From assembly GCA_050506795.1 (NCBI GenBank), contig JBJHCF010000021.1, positions 22,195-86,194 on the forward strand: a stretch of 64,000 bases of DNA. Reading direction: 5' to 3'. The notes under the pieces are model-generated. The model saw only the letters and a program-made list of their open reading frames with translations. It made no database searches and was not told where the DNA came from. A program made the translations under genes and the position numbers. Positions 37,701 through 46,843 of the stretch are shown here, piece by piece; within the stretch, counting starts at the first letter, position 1; each line of letters begins with the position of its first letter. This DNA comes from Opitutia bacterium. Its GTDB lineage: Bacteria > Verrucomicrobiota > Verrucomicrobiia > Opitutales > T3Sed10-336.

Positions 37701-40698
37701 CGCGTTCCGTTCCACGGCGCACAACCTGGTGGACCACGACCGGAATGATTCCTCGGATGTTTTCGTACACGATCGCACTACGGGTGAAACGTTGCTGGTC
37801 AGTGTGAACCGCTTCGGAGAACAGACCGGACAGAACTTCGTGAACCTTGATGGCTCGAATTCGAGCCGCGGCGCCTCCATCAGCGGAGACGGACGGTTCA
37901 TCGCCTTCGCTTCGGAGGCGAACAACCTGGTCCACGGCGCCACCAACCTGATGTTTCTTTCGGAGAATAACAAACGTGACGTCTTTGTGCATGACCGGCG
38001 CAGCGAAGGGGCTTTGGCTGATTTGGAAATCACGGCCCTGACCTATCCGGCAGGGATTCACCCGGGAGGTACGTCGGTGGAGGTTGCCGTAGATTTAATC
38101 AATGCTGGAGAAGCTGCCGTACCCAGCGGAACTCCGATCGAGGTGCAATTGTATCTGTCACCCGACCGCGTTTCCGGCAACGGCAACGATATCCCGTTGG
38201 ATGCTCCTTCGTCCGACTTCGTGTACGACGAAGGTCTCCTCTCCGGTGAATCGGTTGTCCTTTCGGGGTTTGTGACTGTTCCGGTGGATGTGCCTCTGGG
38301 ACGTTTCTATCTCTATGCCCGGGTGGGACGCATGATCGGCTCCGATTCCGACACGTTGGTTGCAGAGAGCAATTACCGTAACAACCATCGGTTTGGGTCC
38401 GCCCGGAATTTCTCCACCAACAACCTTCCGGATTTTACATTCACCGGTGATCAGCCCTTGGAATTTGAGCCAGGGACGTATGCTCCGGGAAGCACGCTTC
38501 CGATCACCGTTACCATCGTCAACGAAGGCGCGCCGAACTTCAGCGAAGTCGATATTGTCTTTTATCTGTCACCGGACGGTGATCCAGCGAATGGGGATAA
38601 TATCGAGTTTTCTCAGGTCCTGACGACGTCGGGTATTGGCTCAACGCCGAAAACGGTAAGTGGAAATCTGGTCTTCCCCGAAGGCGCGATTTCCGGCGAA
38701 AATTACTGGATTAGTGCCGTGATCAATCCTGATGAGGATCCTCAGGAAAGTGACACCGACAACAATTTCGCGGTGCGTTCCGGTATCAAGGTGCTCGATG
38801 CGCCCGACTTGACGTTGACCAATTTGGCCTTTGATTCCTTCGCCACCTATGCGCCGGAGGATACCCTTCAGGTCGTGGTGTCCGGTGACAACCTGAATGA
38901 GAGCGTTCCGGGGGAAGCATTCCAGGTGGAAGTCGTTTTTGTCGATGGAGCCGGCAATGAGTTTCGTCAACCGAACTCCTCGTTGACCGTATCGCCGGGT
39001 CAGATTCCCTTCGAATTGACGTTTAACATCAGCCTGGCGAATCTTCCGCTTGGCGATTACCGTGTGCGCGCAATCGTCGATCCGGATAATGCGATCGAAG
39101 AAACGAACACGAACAACAATCAAATCGAATCCGCGGCGGCCAACCTGAGAGTGTTTTCGCCTGAGCCGATTGTCAGCCTGGTTTCTCCTGTCGATGGGTT
39201 AACCGTCAGCTCTGTTTCCTCGGTACTAATGACCGCGATCGTCGACAGCAACAAAGCGATCGATCGGGTTGAGTTCCGGGTGGACGGCAGTGTGATCGAG
39301 GTCGATAGGAGCGCACCGTATTCGGTCAGGTATCGTCCTTCCACTCTTGGAACCAAGAGCCTGACAGCGGTGGCGATCGATTCCAGCGGTGTGGCCGGGG
39401 AATCCCAATCGATCCAGGTGCAGGTGGTGGCCCCCGCAACCGCGGCCCCGGTGGTCGAATTGACGCGTCCCCTGGCCGGGTCGGAGGTTTTGGCGGGTGC
39501 GTCGGTTCGCATGGAAGCTTCGGCCAGTCCGGCGAGCGGCAGTGCGATCGAGGAGGTGACCTTTTACGTGAATGGGTTTCCTGTGGGCGGAACCGCTCAG
39601 GCCCCGTATCAGCTCGATCAAATATTCCAACACGCGGGCACGGTTGAACTGCGGGTGGGTGCCCGGGACAACTCGGGCAACCAGGTGGTTTCGGCGGCGA
39701 TAATGATCACCGTTCGCGAACCTGATCCGGCAGCTTTTGACAGTGATTTCTTGAATCACATTTATTCGTTCCTTTTGGGACGCTTCCCAAATGCACAAGA
39801 GCGCGAAGATGCCCTGGATGCTCTGGCGAGCGGTCAAGCAACCCGGGCGGGACTGGTCCTTCAAGTAATGGAGGAGCCGCGTTTTCGTGCCCTGGTCATG
39901 GTTTGGTCGGGATACGAAGTGGCTCTCGGACGCTTCCCGGACACTGATTCTGAGGTGGAGGCGGCCTGGAGTCGATTGCGGCAACAAGCCGGTCTGGAAT
40001 TCGGGCTACGGGATTTGATGTCGAATCTTTTGAGCTCGGATGAGTTCGTGGATCGTTTCGGGCAGAATTTCCACCTGATGCCGGCGCGCGATTTTGTGCG
40101 CCAGCTCTACGCCAACATTGGACAGGTGGCGACGTCTTCGCAGATCTCAAGTGGAGAAAAGGCGATTGACCGGATGATGTCACGGGCCGCCTATGCGGCG
40201 GATTTTGTGCAGTCTCTGCCGGCACTGCGGGCCGCGATGCACGAAAGCGCCGCTCTGGTCTATGCGTTGCGAGGAGAATTCGCAACCCGTGCGGAGGCGG
40301 GTTCCCTGGCTTCGTTCAGTCGGGAAGGGCGGGTGACCTTCCTGCTGGAAGAGGAGGGTCTGGCCTCGCCGGCGTCCTATCTGGGGGCGACCCTTGGCTC
40401 CGGCGGTACCAAGGTTTCGCCCTGGCTGGATGAGTTCAGTGATTCGCACTACGATCATGTATCGGACTCCGGTTGGATCCGCCACAGTGAGCATGGCTGG
40501 TGGTACCGTCCGGCGGGTGCTCGCTCCTGGGTTTGGGATCACATCATGCAGGATTGGTTGTGGACCAATGCGGAGGTGTATCCATTTGTTTATAGCAATA
40601 ACAATGGGAATTGGTATTACTACAATCGTGGCGGAAGTCCCGACAAGCGGGCGTTCTATGATTACCAGGTCAACGCCTGGATCAGCATTGAAAAATAG
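34702..40698 (+). CDS. 1998-aa surface protein (Ig-like, CARDB-like, TolB/PD40-like propeller, DUF4214-like, Trp-rich C-terminal domain)
   Basis: Signal peptide; VEFFVNG...A.ATD Ig repeats; PAISADGRFVAF repeats; I.E...NN CARDB-like ends; LLGRFP and SSDEFVDRFG..FVRQLY; ATGA overlap with the previous gene. Confidence 0.9.
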   Translation: MTTAKTPSGFARRFLNARWLPLAVLAAALVPAFSNAQSNNHPPGMRMIVESPDANSDVAFDPSFGTSVPITARLIGPEPFEADEVRFKINQWTFVGADLDLENRITMNWFPPAPGRYEVVAEIDAEDYTVSSEPLVFFVTGAEMHIPYSGARIPGGSTVAVRGEAYSPLGVPISRVEYYANGESIGESGHYPYTVFWTVPEAANIQNVDLTAEVHFSDGTDSPSTIRSVQVVPRAGQLPTVAVVDPADGDTVSVPESGGAVTIKAEAAAQGEGTLENVEFFVNGRSVGIVHGLPLQVFWTPRFEGTYTLHALATDDKGNATLSTPVTATVSGDLPPAPPPGVDFTTSVSGWRGEISPLGGPGSEVFSFTVNVESSGAPYPSTSAQNNASVYLIPASGQGNGDGDERFLVGRFNFSVPAGAPNAKTTASNPFSSRINAARNAEAIYGAGLTAQERDANRPPPGHYYLEVRVDGGAQPLGAVFVSEEPAVEVTALPNLAFQNGQNGEERGLVYASGNYRPGEYVRDLAVSFKNIGNAPISEDYYIEVRLSSDTVYGNSDDFLLTRIPGVALDVDGPLAGSGRVTIDLPEVKIPGNFPAGAYFVAVKLDSMDQQEELNVANNVLVDTVTPQIMIDSEDFPFTRRMSQSANGAEGNAMSDHPAVSADGRYVAFNSDSSNLVSGDNNGVTDVFVRDTVTGAVVRVSVDSDGEESDGPSYTPAISADGRFVVFVSDATNLVDQLLNGRSAVYLHDRDANNTGVFDEDGGVSTLLVSVNDFSVQANRGAFNPAISGDGRFVAFESRATNLATVPSAGFSQVFVHDTHTGKTVLASKDEDGIAGNADSYSPSLSAYGRYVAFSSSAGNLTSGLDNGVSHIYVHDRDANGNGVWDEADGIATVRVSVDGSNLPADAGSFTPSISADGRFIAFASSATNLPIGGVPGIDNGVSDIYVHDRQSGETFGVSVPDANVVSGDTEPMYPEDKTGVDGRSLGSLQPSISGDGRLIAFRSTAHNLVDHDRNDSSDVFVHDRTTGETLLVSVNRFGEQTGQNFVNLDGSNSSRGASISGDGRFIAFASEANNLVHGATNLMFLSENNKRDVFVHDRRSEGALADLEITALTYPAGIHPGGTSVEVAVDLINAGEAAVPSGTPIEVQLYLSPDRVSGNGNDIPLDAPSSDFVYDEGLLSGESVVLSGFVTVPVDVPLGRFYLYARVGRMIGSDSDTLVAESNYRNNHRFGSARNFSTNNLPDFTFTGDQPLEFEPGTYAPGSTLPITVTIVNEGAPNFSEVDIVFYLSPDGDPANGDNIEFSQVLTTSGIGSTPKTVSGNLVFPEGAISGENYWISAVINPDEDPQESDTDNNFAVRSGIKVLDAPDLTLTNLAFDSFATYAPEDTLQVVVSGDNLNESVPGEAFQVEVVFVDGAGNEFRQPNSSLTVSPGQIPFELTFNISLANLPLGDYRVRAIVDPDNAIEETNTNNNQIESAAANLRVFSPEPIVSLVSPVDGLTVSSVSSVLMTAIVDSNKAIDRVEFRVDGSVIEVDRSAPYSVRYRPSTLGTKSLTAVAIDSSGVAGESQSIQVQVVAPATAAPVVELTRPLAGSEVLAGASVRMEASASPASGSAIEEVTFYVNGFPVGGTAQAPYQLDQIFQHAGTVELRVGARDNSGNQVVSAAIMITVREPDPAAFDSDFLNHIYSFLLGRFPNAQEREDALDALASGQATRAGLVLQVMEEPRFRALVMVWSGYEVALGRFPDTDSEVEAAWSRLRQQAGLEFGLRDLMSNLLSSDEFVDRFGQNFHLMPARDFVRQLYANIGQVATSSQISSGEKAIDRMMSRAAYAADFVQSLPALRAAMHESAALVYALRGEFATRAEAGSLASFSREGRVTFLLEEEGLASPASYLGATLGSGGTKVSPWLDEFSDSHYDHVSDSGWIRHSEHGWWYRPAGARSWVWDHIMQDWLWTNAEVYPFVYSNNNGNWYYYNRGGSPDKRAFYDYQVNAWISIEK

Positions 40699-40728
40699 AG
40701 CTGAATTGCCTGAGGCAAAAGGAGGGAC

Positions 40729-40932
40729 ATGAGTATGAACAAAAAACGAAATGATTTTGGGTTATTCTTGCTGGTAGGCGCGTGCGTTTTGGCGGTGGCG
40801 TTGTTGACCGGTTGTTCCAGTGGGGACAACGGAAACAGTCGCGGCAACGGAGATAGCGCCGAGTCTCCGCCGGAGGGGCCGGGGGATCCTCCCGAGGGTG
40901 GTCCAGGTTCCGAGCCGCCGCCCGCGCCGTAA
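40729..40932 (+). CDS. Small Pro/Gly-rich lipoprotein
   Basis: AAGGAGG RBS; LLTGC lipobox; low-complexity mature part. Confidence 0.7.
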   Translation: MSMNKKRNDFGLFLLVGACVLAVALLTGCSSGDNGNSRGNGDSAESPPEGPGDPPEGGPGSEPPPAP

Positions 40933-41030
40933 GGTTGAGCCGTTAGGGCTCGATCGTGTTCGGCGCCGGAAGGTCGCTCATCGGCGGGTATACTTTGGTT
41001 GGGTGTTCATAATAAAGGGAGTGACCGCGC

Positions 41031-42266
41031 TTATCGCCGGCTTGGCCGGTCGATAAGCGCGGTTTTTATTTTCGGCGATCCATCTTCGCTTTCGGTGCTC
41101 CAGAGGATCAGCGCAGAACCGTCGGCGGTAACCAGTCGAGGATGGGTGGAGCGAACGCCATCGGGTGAGACGCGTACGGCGTCACTCCAGGAACCGGTGT
41201 CGGGTGAATAGGTGGATTGGAAAACGGACTGTGTGCCGTTTTCCAATCGATCCCAAACCGCAATAACGGCGCCTGAACTGAACGCGGCAAGATCCGTATT
41301 GCGACCGGCGGGCAGTCTCCGGGAGAGTTCCCAATAACGTCCTCCATCGGTACTCTGAAAAATATAGGCATCGGTGTGGTCCGGATGTCCGCTCCATACG
41401 CTGGCCAGAATGACCGGTGACGAGTCCCCGGGTTGGAGGACCAGGCTACCGCCCACATGGGGGCAACCTTCGAATTGCCAATCGAAGGCGCCCACGTGAC
41501 CGTTCTTGATCCAGGTCTGTCCCTGGTCGTGCGACGTGGCCAAAGCCATATCGCTGGGGTTGTGGTCGCGGTAAAGCGCGACCACGGCGCCGTCGGGCGC
41601 AATCGCCAATTCATTCCAACAGCAGGCACAGATGGTGGGATCGACTGTCAAGGGATCCGACCACCGCATGGTGTCGAAATTAAGACGGGAATAGCGGAGG
41701 CTGCGTTCGTCACCGAGCGCGTGTATCCAGATTGCGTGCAGACATTCGTCATCGGCCGTTATGGCGGGAAAGCGAAAACCGGCTTCGGATTCCGCCGGCG
41801 AAGCGGGGGTTGGCGCCGGCCCGGCGGTCCAGGTTTCGCCCCGGTCGAGTGAGAATGCCATGGCAAGCGGCCCGCTGCCCCAGGGGCCGTCTCCGCGGGC
41901 GGTCCACACCGCGAAGAGTTTGTCACCTCTTGCGGCGAGCTGAACGTCGTTTCCGCGATTGTGACGTCCTGGGGGGGCGTGATCGATCGACAGGGGAACG
42001 GCGGTTGACCAGGTCACACCCCGATCCTCCGACCAAGTGTGGTAGAGGACGGGCGCTTGGGGATCCTCATTTCCCGGCACTCCAAATATGAGATGCCATC
42101 CGTTCTCTGTGGTGACGATGTCGAAGGTGAGCGCGTTTTCGAAGAGCGGTGGATCCGGTTCCTCCCTGGCGGCGGTGCACCCGCTTGCGAGGAGCAGGCC
42201 AAGGAATAGAGCGGCAGTCATAACGACGCGGTTCCATTTTTTGATCTTGTACAGTTGGTGTTTCAC
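41031..42266 (-). CDS. BNR/Asp-box (sialidase-like) propeller lipoprotein with CxCC and GCPH motifs
   Basis: SEDRGVTW, SLDRGETW, SHDQGQTW, STDGGRYW; LASGC lipobox; GTG start overlaps the upstream stop. Confidence 0.85.
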   Translation of the reverse strand: MKHQLYKIKKWNRVVMTAALFLGLLLASGCTAAREEPDPPLFENALTFDIVTTENGWHLIFGVPGNEDPQAPVLYHTWSEDRGVTWSTAVPLSIDHAPPGRHNRGNDVQLAARGDKLFAVWTARGDGPWGSGPLAMAFSLDRGETWTAGPAPTPASPAESEAGFRFPAITADDECLHAIWIHALGDERSLRYSRLNFDTMRWSDPLTVDPTICACCWNELAIAPDGAVVALYRDHNPSDMALATSHDQGQTWIKNGHVGAFDWQFEGCPHVGGSLVLQPGDSSPVILASVWSGHPDHTDAYIFQSTDGGRYWELSRRLPAGRNTDLAAFSSGAVIAVWDRLENGTQSVFQSTYSPDTGSWSDAVRVSPDGVRSTHPRLVTADGSALILWSTESEDGSPKIKTALIDRPSRR

Positions 42267-42988
42267 AGTCCCCCCCACATTTCGTCCTGATAATCGCTGT
42301 GCGCCGGATCGGTTATGCCGTTGCCCGTCCATTCGCCGGGAAGACCCGGGTAGAATGGAGGTGCGATTTCGGTACGCCGGGCGTGACCGTCGACGAAGCC
42401 GACGTTGACCGCGGGCCGTCCGCTTAACGAGTGGCGCGGATTGGGCCGCCCGATGCCGGGGGAAGTCTCGCGGGAGGGCGGCATCAGGTGGGTGGCCAGC
42501 GTAGGGTTCCCATCGTCACCGATGCCCGCGTCCGCCAGGGCCACGGTGCGCGAGGGGTTGCGGATGGAATCCAGCGGGCGCCAGTTCAGATTGGTGTTAA
42601 AGCCGTAGCTGGCTTCGCGGTCGCGCTGTTGGTTCAACGGACAGTGCCAGATCTGATCTCCTTCGGTGTCCTGGTTGGAACGGCCGGTCTCCAGATAGGG
42701 GAACAGCAGTTCTTTTCGGTCTGCGCCGGAGCCCCAGCCGACGTACCGGTCGTGGTCAATGGCGTACAGGTATCCGGCCAAAGCGATTTGGCGGACATTG
42801 CTGAGGCAGGCGGCGCCATGGGCGCGATCCCGGACGGCGGCCACCGCCGGCATGAGCAGGGTGGCGAGGATTCCGATCACGGCGATGACGGTCAGCAATT
42901 CCAGGAGTGTGAATCCGCTTTGCCGGGTTTGATGCGCGTGTATGAATGAGGCGTTCGATCGATTTTGATTTAATGGAAATAAGTTCAT
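42263..42988 (-). CDS. Prepilin-type N-terminal cleavage/methylation protein with H-X9-DG motif
   Basis: GFTLLELLTVIAVIGILA, CLSNVRQI, RHSLSGRPAVNVGFVDGH (spacing slightly longer than 9). Confidence 0.9.
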   Translation of the reverse strand: MNLFPLNQNRSNASFIHAHQTRQSGFTLLELLTVIAVIGILATLLMPAVAAVRDRAHGAACLSNVRQIALAGYLYAIDHDRYVGWGSGADRKELLFPYLETGRSNQDTEGDQIWHCPLNQQRDREASYGFNTNLNWRPLDSIRNPSRTVALADAGIGDDGNPTLATHLMPPSRETSPGIGRPNPRHSLSGRPAVNVGFVDGHARRTEIAPPFYPGLPGEWTGNGITDPAHSDYQDEMWGGL

Positions 42989-43150
42989 GGTGTTTTCGGA
43001 TTGAAGGTACAGGTGACAAGGCGTGCCGGGGTGACCCTGCCGGCGTTGACGGCAGGGATGGGCACGGCGGCCAGGTGCTACGGACGTGTTCCGGCTTGCC
43101 CAATCAAGGAGGAGGCAATTCGGGAAAAGTCCGTCAGGGCGCCATGCGAC

Positions 43151-43570
43151 TCAAGCGGGAACTCGTCGCGGCGGGGGGACCGGTGAATCCGAAAACGGTG
43201 TCGGGGGTGATATGCCTGGAGAATCCAGGGGCAAATAAGTGACTGCAGGGGTATCCAACGAGGGATCGGTCCGGGCGAGGAGGATCAACAACGGGGGAAT
43301 GATGCGATTATCCGTGCCCGAGGCCAAGGGATCCGCTCGCGTTTCGTCGGCGTTCAAAGCGATTTCAACCTGTCGGCAAACGGAACATGGGGTCGCGCCC
43401 TCCAGGGTTTGCTCGATGGCGGAGAACCAGGAACCGGATTCTCGGTGATTTTCCAGCATCATTCCGGACCAGCCGAAAACCTGGAAGAAAACCAGGTGAA
43501 AGTTCAGCCCGAAGACGAAGGTGCCGAGCAGCAGGGTGGCCGCGAGGCGTCCGAGAATCGATCCGGTCAT
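43151..43570 (-). CDS. Putative DUF2946/CruR-like leader protein (TM, CxxC, Pro-rich C-terminus)
   Basis: Hydrophobic N-terminus, PCSVC, C-terminal DSPVPPPRRVPA; upstream of the pilin-like/BNR pair. Confidence 0.6.
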   Translation of the reverse strand: MTGSILGRLAATLLLGTFVFGLNFHLVFFQVFGWSGMMLENHRESGSWFSAIEQTLEGATPCSVCRQVEIALNADETRADPLASGTDNRIIPPLLILLARTDPSLDTPAVTYLPLDSPGISPPTPFSDSPVPPPRRVPA

Positions 43571-43691
43571 CGACCCGGCGGGCGCAGAGCGGTATTTTCG
43601 GTGGTGGCTCACAGCAGGCACATTTTGCCGGAGATTGTAAGCGGAAGCTTTGATCCAGGTCAAATCCAGGGAACGAATAAAGCGGATTGGC

Positions 43692-44627
43692 TCAACGGCT
43701 CGCTGGAACCAGGGCCACCTCCACCAGGAAATGGGATGTTTTTCCGGGCTCGACCCAGTGAAGTCCCAGATTGTGGTCGGGGCTGTTGGGCGGTCCCATC
43801 CAGGGTTCGACGCAATAAAAAGGACTGTCGATCGATTCGGTCCAGGTGACCACCGTCAGGCCGGGATCTGGAGTGGATTCGTTGTCGCCGAAGCGCAAAA
43901 CAATCCGGTCGCCGTCGGGAAGTTCCTCGATCACGGCTTTGTTTTTTTTCAGGTCGGTGTGGATGCGATCAACGAGTTCGGGATTTTCAAGCGAGGTCTC
44001 TCTTTCGGGCGGCGACAGGGGAACGAGGCTGCCGTCCGGCGCATGCCTCCAAGCCTTGGTGGCGGGAAGCCGGACCTGGTAGTCCGATCGTTTGGTGCCT
44101 TCGCGCCACGGCAGGGTGAAATAGAAATGATGGCCGGCCGACCAGGGGATCGGCGTTTGGTCGTGGTTGGCCAGGCTCAATTCGACGTAGAATGCCGCCG
44201 CCTCGAACCGGTAAATCACCTGGAATTCGTAGCGAAAAGGGTAGGCTTCGTTGGCGGCGGAGTCAGGCAGGAGCCTCGCGGCAAAACCGTGCTGGTTCAG
44301 GTTGGTGATTTCGAATCTTCCGTTGCGGGCAAAGCCATGGCGCGGCATCGGCCTAAGCTTACCGTCCGGCGCGTTCCAATAGCCCTCTCGTCCGTCCCAG
44401 TAACACCGTCCGCAAAAAGGGAAAAGGATAGGATTGCCGCCGCGGATCGCGGAAAAATTGTCGAGACGGTCCGTTTCCGGCCAGAAAATGACGTCCCGGA
44501 CGGACCCGTCGGCATAGCCCAGGTTCCAGTTCATCAGGCGGGCTCCCTTTTCCGGGTGCGCAAGGAAGGTGGAGGCTCCGATCGTCCATTTGCGCAGCGT
44601 TTCACCGAGATAGTTGATTGGTTCCAT
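43692..44627 (-). CDS. Aldose 1-epimerase family protein
   Basis: RGGNPILFP, HGFAR, GHHFYF, FYCVEPW. Confidence 0.9.
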   Translation of the reverse strand: MEPINYLGETLRKWTIGASTFLAHPEKGARLMNWNLGYADGSVRDVIFWPETDRLDNFSAIRGGNPILFPFCGRCYWDGREGYWNAPDGKLRPMPRHGFARNGRFEITNLNQHGFAARLLPDSAANEAYPFRYEFQVIYRFEAAAFYVELSLANHDQTPIPWSAGHHFYFTLPWREGTKRSDYQVRLPATKAWRHAPDGSLVPLSPPERETSLENPELVDRIHTDLKKNKAVIEELPDGDRIVLRFGDNESTPDPGLTVVTWTESIDSPFYCVEPWMGPPNSPDHNLGLHWVEPGKTSHFLVEVALVPASR

Positions 44628-44715
44628 TGATAAATATTTTACCGGCGGACGGGCCTGCGCCAAGGATGGAATGAGGTTGCGGGGGAATTGGTTTGCCGGC
44701 CTTCGTCCGGCACCG

Positions 44716-45669
44716 CTATATGCCCAGCCAGAGCCTTCCCAGGCTGAGCCAGAGGGGAATGGAGAGCAGGCTGACCAGGGTTGTCCCCAGGACGACGGCT
44801 AGAGCGGTTTCCGGGTGGCCACCGTAATGGCGGGCTATGACGATGGGAAAGATGGCAGCCGGCATGGCCGCCTGGATCAGCAGGACCCGCTGTAATTCCG
44901 GAGTGATTGGAAGCAACAGTGCCAGGAGGAGAAAGAGGGGCGGCAGGACGCCAAGACGAACGCCGCAGGCGATCAGGGGAACCCGCCACCGGCGGCGTTC
45001 CGCGCCCTTGACGGCCGTCGTCGAGTCGAACAGGGTGGCGCCGATCAGCAGGAGCCCGAGGGGAATGGCGCAGCCTCCGAGCAGGCCGACCGTGCGGAGC
45101 AGGGGCTCCGGGAGGTGCGCGGCCAGGCCGGTGAAATTCAGGATCAGGGCGGTAAAGAGGGCGATCGCGGGGGGATTGAGAATCTGTTTCCATCCTTTAA
45201 GGGGGGAGATTCCGGTCAAGAGCAGGATTCCCACGGTCCAGAAAGCGATTTCCACCCCAACGTTAAACAGGAGCAACACACCGAGGGTTTCCCGGTCGAA
45301 AAGCTGCTGAACGATGGGGATTGGCAGGTAACCGTAATTAAAAAGGCCAACCGTAAAAACGAAGGTGCGGGCGGCCGCGGGCGATGGCGCCTTCAGTGCC
45401 GGCAGGGCGAGGGCTGCCACCGCGAAACCCAGAACGACGGTCAAGCCGCCCAGAACCGGGGCAACAAGAAGATTCTCCATGCGTTCCACCGCTGCATTGT
45501 CCAGAACCGCGCCCAGGATTAGACAGGGGTAGAGGATTTTGACCACCAGGTTCATCAGGGATGCATCGGCCGCGGGTTGCAGCCAATGCAGGCGTCGCAC
45601 TCCCGCGCCGATGGCAAGCAAGAGGAAAACCGGGAGAACCGCGGCTGCCAATGTCAGGTGGTTTCCCAT
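44716..45669 (-). CDS. AEC family transporter
   Basis: VLPVF, PCLI, NYGYLPIP, NPP, QAAMPAA; about 10 TM helices. Confidence 0.88.
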   Translation of the reverse strand: MGNHLTLAAAVLPVFLLLAIGAGVRRLHWLQPAADASLMNLVVKILYPCLILGAVLDNAAVERMENLLVAPVLGGLTVVLGFAVAALALPALKAPSPAAARTFVFTVGLFNYGYLPIPIVQQLFDRETLGVLLLFNVGVEIAFWTVGILLLTGISPLKGWKQILNPPAIALFTALILNFTGLAAHLPEPLLRTVGLLGGCAIPLGLLLIGATLFDSTTAVKGAERRRWRVPLIACGVRLGVLPPLFLLLALLLPITPELQRVLLIQAAMPAAIFPIVIARHYGGHPETALAVVLGTTLVSLLSIPLWLSLGRLWLGI

Positions 45670-45729
45670 ATTTCAGGCCGGACGGAGGTTTCCCGGTGAC
45701 CGTCGGCAGTGCCGCCGTACGAATCCCGT

Positions 45730-46362
45730 TTAGGCGTCGCTCTCTTCCTCGTCGTCCCGGTATTCGGATATGACGGTCAGCGCCACCAAGTGGTTATTGA
45801 ACGAGTAGGCGAGGGTGAGGGGAATCACGTAGAGACCGACGTTCAGCGCGACCATCAGGTTTATGCCTTTTAGGAAATAGCCGAAAACGGTCAGCACAAT
45901 AATCGTGATCCAGAGTTTAACCTCAACGCTGTTCGTCATGAACGAAGTGCACAACCCCGCGATGATCACGTAAACCCCCAGTAGCCAACCGGACAGGATT
46001 AAGGTGATCCCCCAGAGAAAGAAGACCGGAGCGTGAAAAAAAGCGACCCCCTCGCTGCGATGGGCCGTTTGCGCGATTACGGATATCGCCAGGATAGCCG
46101 TCACGGTCCCCAGGATAATGTAACTGGAGTGCTCGACCTCGGCATTGGGAAAAACGGCCAGATGCACCAGGCAATAGGTGCCGGCGAAACCACGAATGCC
46201 GTCCAGCCAGTTTTGCCAGGCTCCAAGATAACTCGCGAGAGAGTAGTCGAATCCGTACACGTTGGAAACGAACCTTTCCTTGGCCTCGGAAGGGAAAAAG
46301 AAGGGGGCCGGTATCCACAGAAGCAGGATCGCGGTGACCAAATAAATCCAGTTAATTTCCAT
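45730..46362 (-). CDS. Hypothetical multi-pass membrane protein
   Basis: Several hydrophobic helices, acidic tail; no recognised family. Confidence 0.7.
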   Translation of the reverse strand: MEINWIYLVTAILLLWIPAPFFFPSEAKERFVSNVYGFDYSLASYLGAWQNWLDGIRGFAGTYCLVHLAVFPNAEVEHSSYIILGTVTAILAISVIAQTAHRSEGVAFFHAPVFFLWGITLILSGWLLGVYVIIAGLCTSFMTNSVEVKLWITIIVLTVFGYFLKGINLMVALNVGLYVIPLTLAYSFNNHLVALTVISEYRDDEEESDA

Positions 46363-46777
46363 AGGTACGTTATCAGAACACTAACAGAGTCCCCTGTTCT
46401 TGCCCGAATGTGAGGGATAGAATCGAAACAGAGGGAATTCGATCAATCAAGCGACTATCGGCTGGTGCTGTAAACAACAAAATATAGGGATCCGCCGGCA
46501 GGCTGTGGCGTCAACCTTTCCGGTCTGATGCTGATTCCGGCTGGAGGGGCGCCGGTATTTGCGCCGCGGCTGGATCCGGTTGGGTTTTTGCCTTGGAGGG
46601 GACGACAACCCGGTTTCAAGAGTGGTGAGGTATTGCCTTCAAGGGATTTGGTTTCCCCTCATTACTCAAATATCGGCCCGAACCCGGCGCGAAACGACGG
46701 CCCGGATCCCTGCTGGCGGAGCCGTTCCGGGAGAGGAAATGCCCGGATGATTTAACAGATGTTTTACCCCCCTCAGG

Positions 46778-46807
46778 TTGCGAAACGGAAAGGGGTTTCG
46801 GTACAAT
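46778..46807 (+). promoter_or_regulatory. Putative sigma70 promoter of the minor-pilin operon
   Basis: TTGCGA-N18-TACAAT, 36 nt upstream of ATG 46844. Confidence 0.45.
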
Positions 46808-46843
46808 GAGGATCGGCGAAATTGGCTCCTTATATATGCAGAT

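Noticed and set aside
36600..38000. DNA repeats suggesting a mobile or diversity-generating element
   Set aside because: They are in-frame propeller repeats (SADGRFVAF, VHDRD) of the giant protein; no reverse transcriptase or adenine-specific variation seen.
46374..46410. Verrucomicrobial LexA box (TGTTC-N4-GAACA)
   Set aside because: Half-sites are in the opposite order and 14 nt apart.
46480..46560. c-di-GMP-I riboswitch upstream of the minor pilins
   Set aside because: Only a vague CCGGTCT resemblance; no GGCAAAC, GNRA tetraloop or GCAAA core.
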